Shown: one piece after another, positions 1 through 19,590 of the stretch | Position numbering within the stretch: position 1 is the first letter of the stretch | Layout of the letters: every line of letters starts with the position of its first letter | Source of the DNA: the human T2T-CHM13v2.0 reference genome, Homo sapiens | Strand: one strand, 5' to 3' | NCBI RefSeq assembly: GCF_009914755.1 | Contig: NC_060941.1 | Length of the DNA: 64,000 nt | Position numbers and translations under genes: made by a program | The notes under the pieces: model-generated | The model's input: only the letters and a program-made list of their open reading frames with translations | Databases searched by the model: none | What the model was told of the DNA's origin: nothing

Positions 1-221
1 AGAGCCTGGAGGAATACCTCCCCTCCCATCCCATCCCATCCCATCCCATGCAATCCCAGAAAGTACAGCAATTTTCCATCTTCCAATTGACCTTGTGAGT
101 AGCAAGTACAAACTCAGTATTGGGGCCTCACAGCCGCCTCCACCTGCGAGGTGGAGGCTTTGGAAGGTCAAGTCACTTATAAGTAATGATGTAATGATAA
201 TTTCTTTTTCTTTTAATTTGC

Positions 222-6018
<5,797 letters not shown>

Positions 6019-7138
6019 TTTCGTGCCCGACCTGTATCATATACCTTTGAAAAGTTCAGAGGGATAGGCAGCTCCTAAGCAGGTGTGGCTGAGAGGCCCC
6101 AGAATATCTCTCATAATGGCCGAGCTTGGAAACGAGTTGGGTTTGAAGGATGAAGTGCTTTGTTTTGCACCCAACCTGCCAAGCACATCTTTCCCCAGAA
6201 CTGAGTGCTGGAGGTGGCTGGGGTCCATCTGGCCTCCCCTTCGCTGTCTGGGCAGCTGTGGTGTAGAGGAGAATGCCTTGGGCAAGGTCTCTGTCCTTGA
6301 CACTGGACCTCAGTTTCTTCATCTGTAAAACGGCACAATGAGAATGCCAGCCTAAAGCTGTGTGGTGGGTTTTGAGAGAGAATGTGCACAGGACTCAGTG
6401 TGCCAAGATGTTGCTTTGTGTCTCTGTAAATTGTCCTGAAGCCCGAGGCTGCTGCCAATAGCTGCCTGTTTGCCCTGCCCTATCCCTGTCCAGTCCCTGT
6501 TCCTGCCCCGCTTCTTCCTGTCCTACATGCCTCTCCCTGCAAACTCCCCAGAGCAGCTGATAGCAGGGAGGAAGGGTGGGTGGGGCACCTGCAGAGAGCC
6601 CACCACCCACTTGGAATGATTAACAAGGGGCCAGTACAGGCTGGCCTATGGGACAAAGGACAGCTGTGCTCTGGACTCTGCCCTGCACCCAGCTGATCAC
6701 CCTGTCCCTCATTCCTCGCCATGGCCCAGTCTGTCATGGGGTTGGGTTCCAGCGGAGTCACCAGCTGGGACGGGTGGCCCCTGGTCTGTCTTAGCACCCA
6801 TGTTGGCATGCACACATTTCCAGCCATCCCTGCTGGGATCTAGGGGTAATGGATGGGATGGGCAGGAAGGGAAAAGGTAGAATTCCCAAAAATTGTTTCT
6901 GGAGGGAGGTCAAATCAGTTGGAGCTTTCTTTGAAGCCCGGCATGCTGGTGGGGGGAGGGGTGCAGCACTGATGTTCTCATGCCTTTGCTTCTAGAAACA
7001 AACCCGTGACACTTGTCCTCCTCACCTAAATTATCCAGAAAGATCCTATAGACACAGTCTCCTGACTTTGCCCTCATGGGCTTCTCCTTAGTTGAGGACC
7101 CCCTTGCTGTCTGTGCCTCTTCCTCAACCCCCGTAGAC

Positions 7139-7240
7139 CTCTCTCTCTCTCTCACTCATTCTCTCTCACTCGCTCTCTCACTCTCACTCTCTCTCTCTCT
7201 CTCTCTGTCTCGCTCTCGCTCTCTCCTCACTCTCTCTCTC
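7139..7240 (+). repeat. Imperfect (CT)n microsatellite
   Basis: ctctct... interrupted by ca/cg. Confidence 0.95.
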
Positions 7241-7276
7241 ACTGTTGCTGCTCTCCTGCCTGGAGCTGAAGATGAG

Positions 7277-7290
7277 GTTGCCATGGAAAC
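7277..7290. promoter_or_regulatory. RFX X-box motif GTTGCCATGGAAAC
   Basis: 13/14 match to the palindrome GTTGCCATGGCAAC. Confidence 0.65.
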
Positions 7291-9461
7291 CTGAAGCGTA
7301 GTGAGCCGGGAGAGGGAAAGGCAGAGTCGTCTCGCCAGGGCTGGGGGCTGGGGACTGGGGACTGTGGGCTGTGGGGAGGGGACAGGGTTGACCCAGCAAG
7401 AGGAATATAGCCCAAGCTGTCTGCCTGCCTTCCTCTGCCTGGGGTTGGGCTTAGTGGGCAGGGGAAGGAGCTTGGAGGCTCTGGAGTGCCTCTTTAATCT
7501 AGTTAATCTGATGCAGGATTAAAATCCTCCCTCACTCCTGCCAAATTAAGCTGAGCTCACATCTGGGCTGGCTCACCCCCACTTCCCTTCTGATGGGATT
7601 AGCACTCCAGCTGTCGGGGGCTGAGACTAGGGGGAAGGGTGCTTCTGAAGAGGATGAAGTACCTGCCAACCCCACCCAAGGTGCCTGCTGCATGTTGGAG
7701 GGGCTCCCGAGACCGTCTGGTGGGTGTAGGGTGAGCAGAGGGACACAGTGTGGGGTGCAGGGGGTGTGTGGACATGGCCTCAATGCAGCTGCTGCCTGGG
7801 TGTCTTGGAGGCGCCCATCGGTGCAGAGGGCACATCTATATATTCATCGTGTGTGAGGCACAGTGCAGTGTGTGTAGGAACTTCAGACTGTGGAATGGGT
7901 GGGGCACGTCAGGTGCACCTGTCTGGCGGTCTTTGGGCACTGGAGCTGGCCTCTGTTTTATTTATTTATTTAATAAAAACAGGCTCTCGCTCTGTAGCTC
8001 AGGCTGGTCTCAAACTCCTGGCTCAAGAAATCTGCCCTCCTTGGCCTCCCAAACTGCTGGGATTACAGGCGTGAGCCACTGCACCCAGCCTGGCCTGTTT
8101 TAACCCTGTGCATTCTGGCCAATGAGAAACCCCAGGGTTTTGCAGACCGGGTCTGGAGGATGTGTTTGCCCTGCTTGCCTCTAGCCCTCCCCATCAAATG
8201 CTAACCAGCCTCATCTTCTCAGAATTGAGTCTTCGAGTGCTGGGCCAGAGCTGCCCGGAGGTCTCCTCTCCCCCACCCTGCTTTTGCCACATGTGCCTCT
8301 ACTTCCATGTGCTTGCCTCACCACAGCCCCTGCCCATACAGTCTGCAGAATGGCTCTGATGTTGGGAGGAGGGTCGTCTCGTCTCTGAAGCGCTCCCTCT
8401 TAGGGCCTCAGGGCCTGCCAGCCCTGCTAGAGATCTTCCCTTTCTGGTCTCTAGGAACAGACTCGTGGTTGATCATCCCTTGGCCTGGAATTGTACAGGA
8501 ACTTTGAAGGGAGCTCCTCAGCTGTGGGTGGCCCTGGCTGCACGGGGACGACCCCAGACTTGGCCACGTATTCATCACAGGCCACGTCTGTTGCCAGCTG
8601 CGGACACCTGTGTTTGCCTTTCCTCATCTTCCCTTCCTCTGCTGGAGGAACTGCGAGTCTGGGCTGACCTGGGTGGCCAGGACCCAGGTGAGGGCTGGGG
8701 GACGGGCACCGCTAGGATCATCTGGATCCGGGACAGTGAAACTGGCCCAAGGGAAAAAGGATTTGCCAAGGTCACCCAGTAAGTCAGTGGCAGGGCCAGA
8801 GCCCTGCACTGGGCCCTGTCAAGTTATGCTCCTTTGATTGAGGTCTCCAAATCCTGAGCCCTGCCCTTCACAAGTGGTGGCCTCAGGGGAAGTCGCCTGT
8901 TTACAGGTAGCTCTGATGCACGGCCATGTGGGCGGCAGGAGAACATGCCGAGCAGAGGGGCAGCTCGTTCTTAGCTCTCGAGTGTGTCAGTTTTGGGTGG
9001 AACGTGCCTAGGAAGAGGTCCCAGGAGGCCATCTATGGCTTACCTGGGTGCAGCCTGTGAGTCAGGGATCTGCAGGGGTCATAGCTGTGGTGGGCTGTGG
9101 TCACCCAGGGCTAAAAATGGCCTGACGGGCTCCGGCTTGGAGAAGCCACCCACCAGTCCCTGAAGTAATTGGGGCCCATGCAGACCCCCAGACATTTCTC
9201 ATAGCAGCACATACACACAAACCACATGGCTCAGAGCTGCCTGTCTCTCCTGCAGCTGGTTTGCTAGGGGACCTTGTGATGAGAGAGGGATGGAGAAGGG
9301 CTGAGTTCTAGTCCTGCACCAGCTTCAATTCCTGGCGTGACTTTTTTTTTTTTTTGAGATAGAGTCTTGCTCTCGCCCAGACTAGAGTACAGTGGCGGAT
9401 CTTGGCTCACTGCAAGCTCCACCTCCCAGGTTCAAGTGATTCTCCTGCCTCAGCCTCCTGA

Positions 9462-9695
<234 letters not shown>

Positions 9696-10232
9696 TAAAT
9701 CAATGAACAAAAGAGACCCCAAAATCCCTCCCTTCATAGAGAAGTAGTGGAGAGAGAAGACAATACATTGATGTGATAAATAAGTTAATTATGAAGACTG
9801 CTAAGGGAGAAGTGCCTGGTGCCAGCACACCGTTTCCTCCTCTGAAATGAGGGAGTTGGACCAGAGTCTTCTGGAGGTCTCTGCAGGCTCTGAGGGTTGC
9901 CGTGGCTTCGGCTGCCTCCAAGCCAGGCCCTCTTCCTGGGGACCAGGCTGTGCTGGGCCTGGAAATTGGCGGCTAAGTTCAGCATGAACTGAAGAAATCG
10001 TCTGGGCGCAAATCTGGATCCCTGTGTGTCTTGGCCATGTTGTTTAACCTCTCTGGCCTCAGTTCTCCCATCTGTCAAAGGGGTACGCTGAATACCAGTC
10101 ACACAGGTGGCTGTGAGAATTCGGTGAACTAGGGCACATAAGCCCTTAGCACAGGGAGAACATTCACTGTTTGTTTTTTTTTGTTTTGTTTTGTTTTTTC
10201 TTTTTGAGACGTAGTCTGGCTCTGTCACATAG

Positions 10233-10415
<183 letters not shown>

Positions 10416-10505
10416 TGACCTCGTGATCTGCCCGCCTCGGCCTCCCAAAGTGCTGGGATTACAGGCATGAGCCACTGCGCCCGGCCTAATTCACTGTTGT
10501 TACTA

Positions 10506-10841
10506 TAGATTGAGCAGCCCTAATCCAAAAATCCAGAGTCTGAAGAGCTCCAAGATGCAAAGCTTTGAGTGCCGACGTGATGCCACAAGGGAAAATTCCA
10601 CACCTGGCCTCATGTGATAGGTCATAGGTCAAAAAGCAGTCAATAATTTTGTTTCATGCATAAAATTATTTAAAATATTGTATAAAATTACCTTCAGGCC
10701 ATGTGTATGAGGTATATAGGAAATGGTCCCATCCCCAAGATGTCTCAGTATGGATATTCAAATATTCTAAAATCTGAGAAAAAATCCAAAATCTGAAACA
10801 CGTCTGGTCCTGAGCATTTCCAATAAGGGATACTCAACCTG
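10506..10841. mobile_element. TcMar-Tigger MITE (Tigger4/Zombi-like)
   Basis: TIR-like ends tagattgagcagccct and agggatactcaacctg, each flanked by TA. Confidence 0.75.
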
Positions 10842-11476
10842 TATTTTACCTGTCACCCTCAGGTGACCTCCTTTTTTGTCCTCAAGCTGGCCTTCCCACC
10901 TACCCTCCAGTTAGGTTGGACCTTGTTAACCGTTTGAAATACCACTTTAACCGTGTGTTTTCTCTCTCACCACTTCCTCCAGGAAGTCCCCCTGGATATG
11001 TGTGTCCCTTTGTTTTTCTGTCTCCCCCTTGCTCTCCTCTGCATGGTCGGTCTCCACTTCTGGTCTTAGCTGAAAGCTTAGTCCTGACTCACCTGTGCCC
11101 ATCTTCCCCCAGCCGGGCCCAGTTGCCTCGACCTCCATGTGTGGTAGGCACAAGGCATGGATTATCCCCAAACAAGGGTAACCTTCAACCCTCAGAGAGT
11201 GGCCCAGTGGCCATCCTTTCGCTCAGGACAGTTCTCCTTGGCTGGCCCATCACTGATGCCTGCTGCGTCTTCCCAGGTCAGCCAGTCCCAGCTGAGTCTG
11301 AGAAACGCTTGTCTCCCCTCGGCCTTGGTGGTGGACACTGAAGTCCTCCTGTGGGGCCGGGCCAGGGCGTGCCCAAGCATAGGACGAAGTTCCCAGGAGG
11401 GCATGCTCTGTGAGAAGCCCAGAGGCTCCTGCCCCTCCCCCAGAGTCACCCCCACTCTGTTTTTTCTGTCCTGCAG

Positions 11477-11561
11477 ACACTACCCCAAGCAGTCCTTCAC
11501 CATGGTGGCGGACACCCCGGAAAACCTTCGCCTCAAGCAACAGAGTGAGCTCCAGAGTCAG
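11477..11561 (+). CDS. LASP1: LASP1 coding exon (exon 3, 85 nt): end of LIM region and first nebulin repeat
   Basis: ttttctgtcctgcag| acceptor and CAG|gtgagg donor; translates (A)[28 protein letters not shown], phase 2 to 0. Confidence 0.98.
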
Positions 11562-12868
11562 GTGAGGGGCTGGGCGGTGCTGGGGCCTGGCAGGGAGGGA
11601 TGCTGGGGAGGGAAGTTGTAAGGTCGGCATTTGGCAAGAGTACCTTCCCCTGCGGTTACTCTGCAAGGCCAAGGTGCTGAAATCCTAGCATTGCCTTTAA
11701 TCTTGACCCCACCCCTGACTTTATCAAAGGAGCAGGGTAGAGCGTTCTCCCACTTCCTACCTAGAGGGGGTTGGAGAGGTGTGGGTGTCTATTTGAGCCC
11801 GCTCTGGGGCTCCCTAAAGCCTACCTCCTCCAGGAAGCCACTCTCCCCTCCCTCTTCCCCATTCACACTCACCCACAAAGGAGGGGTTTGGGGAGGACCA
11901 GGGAATTTGCCCCTCCAGGTCATGCCAGTCTGAGGCTGGGCAACCAACCCTCTATAGCCGCGTCCCAAACCTCCACCCACTGAAGGGCAAGGTGTGAAGG
12001 GGGCCCTGCCATGGGGGCACAGGATAGGGGGCTGTTCCGCCTCTGTCTCCTTTGGCTTGACTTTCCAGAACACTGCTGAGTGGGAGGTATGTGCCCCTGT
12101 AGGAGGGGAGGACGGGTTCCAGGCCTAGGGAGAACTTGGTCTTTAGGGGACACGGAGGAATAAGCAAAGGGTCTGGAGTCCTGAGAACAGAACAGCTGAC
12201 CCACCCTGCCTGGGGGTGCGAGGGCTCCTGGGACAAACCTGGCCAGTGATGAGGTGGGGTGGGGTGGGGCGGGGCTTCAGCCGATGAAGGATTAGGCGCG
12301 AGAATACATGTAGGGGAATTTACCACGTGGGCAGCGCGCCCAGGACCCACTCAGGATCGGGAGAAGACTGCAGAGGTTCCACCCGGGCCACAGAGGGGAT
12401 CTCTCCCAGTTCCTCCAGAGGGGACTCCTGCTGCCTGATCTTGATGTGACTGCCCGGGTCCATCAGGGAGAACCGACCCTGCCTTTTGTCAGGCTTTCCA
12501 TGCACCCTCTCTCAGCATCCTCCCAGCAGCCCTGTGAGGAAGGTGCTATCTTCCCCATTGTTACAGATGAGGCGACTGAGGCCCAGCGACTTTGAGGGAC
12601 TAGCTGAGGTCCTGCGGGTAGGAGAGGCAATAATAATATTCACAGCTGACGATGGAGGGCTCAGTGCTCCCGGCGTGTGAGCTCGTTTAATCCTCACCCA
12701 GCCCTGTGCAGCTGTAGCATCACTTCACTTCAGAGAAGAGGAAATAGACACTGGCAGCTTTGAATGTAGGTTTGTCTAACCCAGGGACTATCCACTCCCC
12801 AAGAAACAGTCTCTACCTTAATAATAAACATGATAGTTCCTTATGCTGTTGAGAAGTTTTGTAGTTTA

Positions 12869-13144
<276 letters not shown>

Positions 13145-13607
13145 CTAAAAAAAGGAAAAGCAAGAAATTGTGTAGTTCAGCAAGTGCCTTTAGTTAGTTC
13201 CCCTGTTTATCCTTGACTGGGTTCTGGGGGAAGGTAAAAGACCCAGCGTCTCTGTCTTACAGATAGGGGAACCGAGTGAGTGAATGCGGATCCAGGATTT
13301 GGGCCCTGGTCTTGTCACTCCCAAGTCTGGGGCCCTTGATGCTGCACAGCCCTGGTAGGGCCTGAGGCTCACAGAGGAAGAGAGCAGCAGCTCACACCTG
13401 CCACCCACCCACCTGCGGCACAGAAGCTGAAGTTACTAGGAAGCAGGGAACACCACAGCCTGCCTGGCCATATTTTACAGATTCTAGCCAGGCCCTGACT
13501 CCTGCCTTCAATTCCCTGCCCTGTGGAAGGGCCATGGGGGCCAGAGGTGGAGGGGCTCAGAAGGACCTCGGAGAAGAGGTGCTGGGAGCAGATAGCAGGT
13601 CTTTGGA

Positions 13608-13608
<1 letters not shown>

Positions 13609-13646
<38 letters not shown>
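13609..13646 (+). repeat. (CA)n microsatellite (others: mixed TG/CA 14000-14098, (CA)n 35757-35790, (TG)n 48181-48220, (TA)n/(TG)n 62749-62820)
   Basis: Direct inspection. Confidence 0.95.
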
Positions 13647-13650
<4 letters not shown>

Positions 13651-14309
13651 CTCAGGGGAGAAATTCAAACCCCTCAGCCTTTGTCAGTTCCACAAAAGCG
13701 TGGCTGCAGCTCTTTTTGCCCCGGCACCCTATCCCCGAGGGGTGGGGTTTGAGGAGGAAGCACCTCCACGTTGTTCCCCCTGCCCAGGATGGGCAGCAAG
13801 TGGGCAGGGCATGCTGTTGGCAGGGGCTGCTTCTGCCCCCCACAGGGGAAGCCAGCACCACGCTCTGGGTTTGGGGGCTCCTGTCCCTGGCCTGTGCCCC
13901 CTGCTTCCCAGGGTCATGGCCTGCTGGGTTCCCGGGGGGGCCTCTTGGGAGATGAAAATGGCGGTCACTCTTCATTAGGGTCTCACTGAGGGCCAGAGCG
14001 TGTCCGTGTGTGTATGTGTGTGTGTGTGCGTGTGCACGCATGCACGCGTGTATGTGTGTGTGTGTGTGCAAGCATGCACGCATGTATGCGTGTATGCCTG
14101 ACTTTGTTTAATCCTTACAGCCACCTGATGAAAGAGGGGCTCTTATTATCCCCATCATACAGATAGGGAAACTGAGGTTTACAGAGGCTGCCCTGCTTGT
14201 GCAGAGCCCAGGGACAGGGGCAGACATCAAGTCCCATGACCTGGCCCTGGAGCCCGTTGCTCTGAACAGTGCTGATGGCACAGGCACCGAGCCCTGTGCT
14301 CCCACCCTG

Positions 14310-14472
14310 CAGGATGCACCAGTCAGCAGCAAGTAGGATGGGCTTGTTGGAATGCAGATTCCTAGGCCCCACCCAAGGGACTTCTGCTTGGCAGCTCTGG
14401 GTGAGGCCCAAGAATCTGCATTTTGACTCCCCCGTGATTCTGATAAGGACTTTTGGCCCCACTTTAAGAAGC
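14310..14472. mobile_element. MER5A-like hAT element (similar pieces near 22600-22770 and 31640-32125)
   Basis: atgcagattcctaggccccaccc ... ggcccaagaatctgcatttt. Confidence 0.65.
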
Positions 14473-16374
14473 TTAGAGATGGGTCCATGGGCAGGAGTGT
14501 ACCGACCCTGTTTGTATGCTCTGAGGGGTGCCACATTAGGGTAGGGCTTTGCACTAAGGGCACGGCTCTGTTCCCCTGAGGTGGGGGTCCTCGGGGGTTG
14601 GGGGCTGAGGGCAGGATAGGCAGGGGAGGAAAGGGTACTGCCCTTTTTGCAGGCCTGTTCTGTCTCCCTTCCCACCGCCCACCAGCTGTGTGGTCTGAGA
14701 CTGGCCTCAGACTGTCTTTCCTCTCATAGCTTTGCTTCCTCACCAGTAAAATGAGGACAGCAAACCCAGTTGCCTCAAGCTGGGGGCTGGGCCTGATGCT
14801 TTGAGGCTTGGAAGGGCTGAGCCGGCCAGGCTGGAGCAGTGACGGGTTCTGGTTCCTGTGGCTGCCGTGGGGGCAGAGCTGGCGAGAGCTGCCTGCGGCT
14901 AGCAGGAAGGGAAGGGGGAGCCTCTTCTGCTCACCCAGCTTCACCCCACGGGGTCAGCTGGCTTCTCTCCATGCCCCTTCTGGGCCTGCCTTGCCCTTCC
15001 CTGTCTCTGGGAAGCTGCCCAGGCTATTTCAGCTTTATTTATTTTCCCATCTCTATATTGGTCTCCAAAATGGCACTTTGGGTGTCTGGGACACCTGGAG
15101 CCTCCCCTGTGGAGGAGGTAACCACAGAACTGTCCAGAAATGACCCTCTCGGTGGTCCTGCCCAGGCCTGGCTGAGGCAGGGGGCTGGCAGCTGGACCCC
15201 CAGCCCCCCTTCTCACTTGCTGCTCCTATCCCACCCCCAGGCTGAGCAGAGGCAGTGGCTTTGGGGTGGGACTGAGCTGGAGGTGTCTGTATGGCCCTGA
15301 GCCCAGGCAGAAGTGCCAAGTGCCAGTAGACTGTTCTTCCATTTTTTCCTTCATCAACTCACCTTGATGGGGTCGTGGGAAATTACAGGGGGGTTTCTAT
15401 CCTCCTCGGATCTTGTAAGCAGCACGGGTGGTAGAGTATCACTCTTACCCGAACTAGCTGGCCTGAGATTGAATCTCGCATCTGCTGCCACCAGCTGTGT
15501 GACCTTGGGCAAGTTGCTTAACCTCTGTGCACAGTGCCTTCGTCTGAATAATGTGGATTACCTCTCTCCAGAGGGTGGTGTGAGATAGGAGGATATGTTA
15601 AGCATTTAAAGATTCCTGACGTGGAGTCAGCATTCAGTGTTTGCTACTACTGTTCTCCCGGAAAGGAGAGGAAATGGAACTTGGACATGAAGAAGCTGGG
15701 AAATACACACAGCAACCTTTTGACCATGACTTCCAGCCCCGGCCCTTTCCATCAGCTCTCCTCTCCATCTGTGTGTGTCTAATTTTTTTTTTTAATTTGT
15801 ATTTTTTTGAGACAGGGTCTCTCTCTGTCTCCCAGGCTGGAATGCAGTGGCGTGATCTTGGCTCATTGCAGCCTTGACTTCCCAGACTCAAGCGATTTTC
15901 TCGCCTCCACCTCCTGAATAGCTGGGACTACAGGCGTGCATCACCATGCCCGGCTAATTTTTGTATTTTTAGTAGAGACAGGGTTTCGTCATGTTGCCCA
16001 GGCTTGTTTCAAACTCCTGACCTCAAGTGATCTGCCCACCTCAGCCTCCCAAAGTGCTGGGATTACAGGTGTCAGCCACCGCGCCCTGCCTAAATTTTAA
16101 AAACTAGTGTTTCTTTTTTGTTAGAAGGGGATGGGTTACAAAGTATGTTGGCCCAACACATGGTAGGCACATAATAGTGGAAATTGTATTTCGCTCAATA
16201 AATTTTGTATTTTTTTAGAGATTTTTATTAATTTTTTTTTTTTTTAAATAGAGATGGGGTACTATGTTCCCAGGCTGGTCTCGAACTCCTGGGCTCGAGT
16301 GATCCACCTGTCTTGGCCTCCTAGACTGCTGGGATTACAGACATGAGCCATTTTGTTTTTTAAGTCCAGCCTAA

Positions 16375-16530
<156 letters not shown>

Positions 16531-18359
16531 TAACTTTTTTTGTATTTTTTTTAGTAGAGATGGGGTTTCACCATGTTAGGCTGGTCATGAACTCCTGACC
16601 TCAGGTGATCCACCCACCTCTGCCTCCCAAAGTGGTGGGATTACAGGCGTGAGCCACCGTGCCTGGCATAATTTTTGTTTTTAAGTAATGATCCTTCTTC
16701 TTATATTGGGTCATCAAGGCAGTTGTTTTCCCAATTATGCTGCTTTGTTTGGAGATTACGTGTCTGCATTCAATTCATTCATGATCCAACAAATGTTGAT
16801 CTGCACCTCCTGTCTGCTGGGATGAGAAGCAAGATAGATCCAGGGAGAACAACTAAGAACTGACAGAAAAATTAGAGTTTCACGGATGGTGGTTGTTTGG
16901 GTGTCAGGAGCCTCAGATGTCAGTCAGTCCCGGGCCTGACAGCAGAGTTTCCAAAATGGGAGCCCAGGTATCTCCCAGGAGTGGGGTCCTCTGGGAGCCC
17001 AGGCATCTCCCAGAAGTGGGGTCCTCTGACCGAAGCGCTGAGTTGCATCCTGGCCTGAGCGACAACTGGGTTGTGACCTTGGGCAGGTCCCTTCCTCCAC
17101 AGGGACCCCCACAGCACCCTGGTGAGCCATCCTAGACAACAGGGGCAAGCACTCCTGCCGGGGCAAGCACTCCTGCCAGGGCAAGAAGGGAGCCCTGAAG
17201 AGGGGCTCTGGGCTGGGCCCTCCCTACACCCCTGGCCCCCCACCCTTCACTTCTGCCACCCCTTCCATACCCAAAGACCTTTCAAAGAGCCTCCCTGTCT
17301 TGATTATCCATAGTCAGGGTCTGAAGGTGCTTTAAAATGGTCACAGACTCCAAATGGGAGGGATTTTAGAGATCAGCTAGCCAGCTCCCTTCAGGGGACC
17401 CAGAGAGGGGAACTGACTTGCTTAGAAACACACAGCAAGGTGGTGCTGATCCCAGGCTCCCTCCCTTCTCAGCCCCTACCCCTCACCCCTACCCTCTGTG
17501 GGCCTCCTATGTTAGCAGTGAAATGAATGATCCTTCCCCAACAGGGAGGGGGAGGCAGAAGCAGTTCCCGATCCTGGGAACCTGCTGATGTCATTGCAGC
17601 GTCGCCATGGCGATTATTCCCCTGGATTAGGGGCCTGACCCTTGCAAAGCCAGGAAGCAGGGGACGGAGTGGGGGACTGGCACTCGTTCAGCACTTCATT
17701 GCTGACAGAGCACTTTCACACTGGCCCTCCACAGTGCGCTGCTGCTTTAGAGCCACTGTCTGTATCGTGGGTTGGAGTGACTGGCGTTATGGTCCCCATT
17801 TTACAGATGTGGGAACTGAGTCTTGAGATGTGAAGTCGTTGGCCCAAGATCACTCAGAAGTGGGAGACTGAGCCTGCGTTAGTGCTAGCTCCGCCTGGCT
17901 TTGTGCCCAGACTTGGTGATAAGAAGCCCCCTCCCCATATTATACCTGATTTCTGTCACAACTCTTTTACAGATGAAGAAACTGAGGCCAGGGGCTTGAG
18001 ATGCAGGGCTTCTGTATCTGGAGCTACATTTCTCTGCCTCTGAGTGCCCTACCTTCCCCGATGCCCGCTTCCCAAAGGGCCTCCCACTAAGAGTCACCGT
18101 GCTGGCCCAGGGCTTCCAGGACTGAGGAAGAGCTGGTGCTAGGCAGGTTCTGGACTCTTGGGGTGGGTTGGTGCCTCTATCCACTGCATTCACTTCTGAA
18201 CTAATGGGGAACAGCACATCCAAGCCCTTCTTGTCTGGATCAGAACAGAGAAGGAGAGGGAACCACATGGATGAGTGACTGGGGGCTTCAGGAGACAAAC
18301 AAGGACTCTGACCCCCACAGGCATGTGCAGAGGACCTGACAGGTGTGGCCGTGGCTGCA

Positions 18360-18371
18360 TGCGCATGCGCA
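18360..18371. promoter_or_regulatory. NRF1 consensus palindrome TGCGCATGCGCA
   Basis: Perfect 12-bp palindrome with two retained CpGs. Confidence 0.55.
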
Positions 18372-19482
18372 GTCGCTCCAGTCCAAGCACAGCTCGGTGC
18401 TGCTGCCAGATGATTCCCTGCCAGGGAACTGCCTGGGTTTGTGTCCTGGGCTGACCTGTGTCCAGGACAGTGCAGCCCCCGTGGAGGAAATCCAAGCAGC
18501 TGGTGGGGTCTGGAACAGATGGCTGATGAGGTGGACAGTGAAGTCTCTGGAAGCCAAGGAATAGTTTCCTGTTCCATGAGTTTTCTCAGCCTCATTCTGT
18601 TCTTCAAAACCCTCAGGGGAGGACAAGCTGTTCCTCATATTTCAATTCCTTTCGTGCCAGGGAAGTCCTTTCTGATGTCTGACTTGAGTCCCTCTAGTAC
18701 TGTGGTGGGGTGGAAGGGTTCTTCCCTGGAGCTTGGAGACCTGCTGAGATGCTGTCTGACCCCCGCTGCTTTCCTCCCCTCCTATGGCGGTGGCCTCTGA
18801 AGCCATCCCAGCAGGCTCCCAGAATCCGCGGGGCCTGTCAAAGGCGCACTGATGGAGCCTTCCCTGGGGCTGTCTCACCACCCTCCTTTCTGGGCACCAA
18901 CTCTGTCCTTTGGCACAGCCCTCACTCAGCTGGTTGCTGAAAAGCTCCCCCAGGCGTAGTGGGCAGGGCCACATCCTGGCTAACATGAGGGCTGGGGCCA
19001 CCCTGGGAGCCCTGGAAAGAACCTTTTTCCTATAAGCTTCCAGACAGGATGGGCAGGGAGTGAAGGGTCAGGAGTCAGGCAGATGAGGGTTTGCACTCTG
19101 GTAGTGCCGGACATTGACTGCTAAGCTCTGTGACCTTGGGCAGGGGACTTTGCCTTTCTGTGGCTCCGTTTCCTGATCCGTAAATTGGAGCTGTTAATTG
19201 CGTGGCTATATGTATGGTGGGATCTAAATGAGATGGTTCATGTAAGGCCCTGGACTCTGTGCCTGCCATTCACTGCGCACCAAAGACTTGGTAGTGGCTT
19301 ATTATTACGAGTCTAACACCTTTTGGCTGAGGCCTCTGCTTTGAGTTGGGGACTTCTGATCAGGGTCTTTCTGCTGACTCCCTGTCCCTGTCTCCTGACT
19401 GGTTGCTGCCTCAGAGGGGCCCCAAGCCGAGGCCCTTTCGGCTCCTGGCCTGACTCCAATCCCTCTTCCTCCCCTCCTGCAG

Positions 19483-19590
19483 GTGCGCTACAAGGAGGAG
19501 TTTGAGAAGAACAAGGGCAAAGGTTTCAGCGTAGTGGCAGACACGCCCGAGCTCCAGAGAATCAAGAAGACCCAGGACCAGATCAGTAAT
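19483..19590 (+). CDS. LASP1: LASP1 coding exon (exon 4, 108 nt): nebulin repeat
   Basis: cccctcctgcag| acceptor, |gtgagc donor; [36 protein letters not shown], phase 0-0. Confidence 0.98.

Noticed and set aside
14108-14944. 278-aa minus-strand ORF (also the 240-aa ORF at 17885-18607)
   Set aside because: Runs through repeat-derived and GC-rich intron sequence; no splice or domain support
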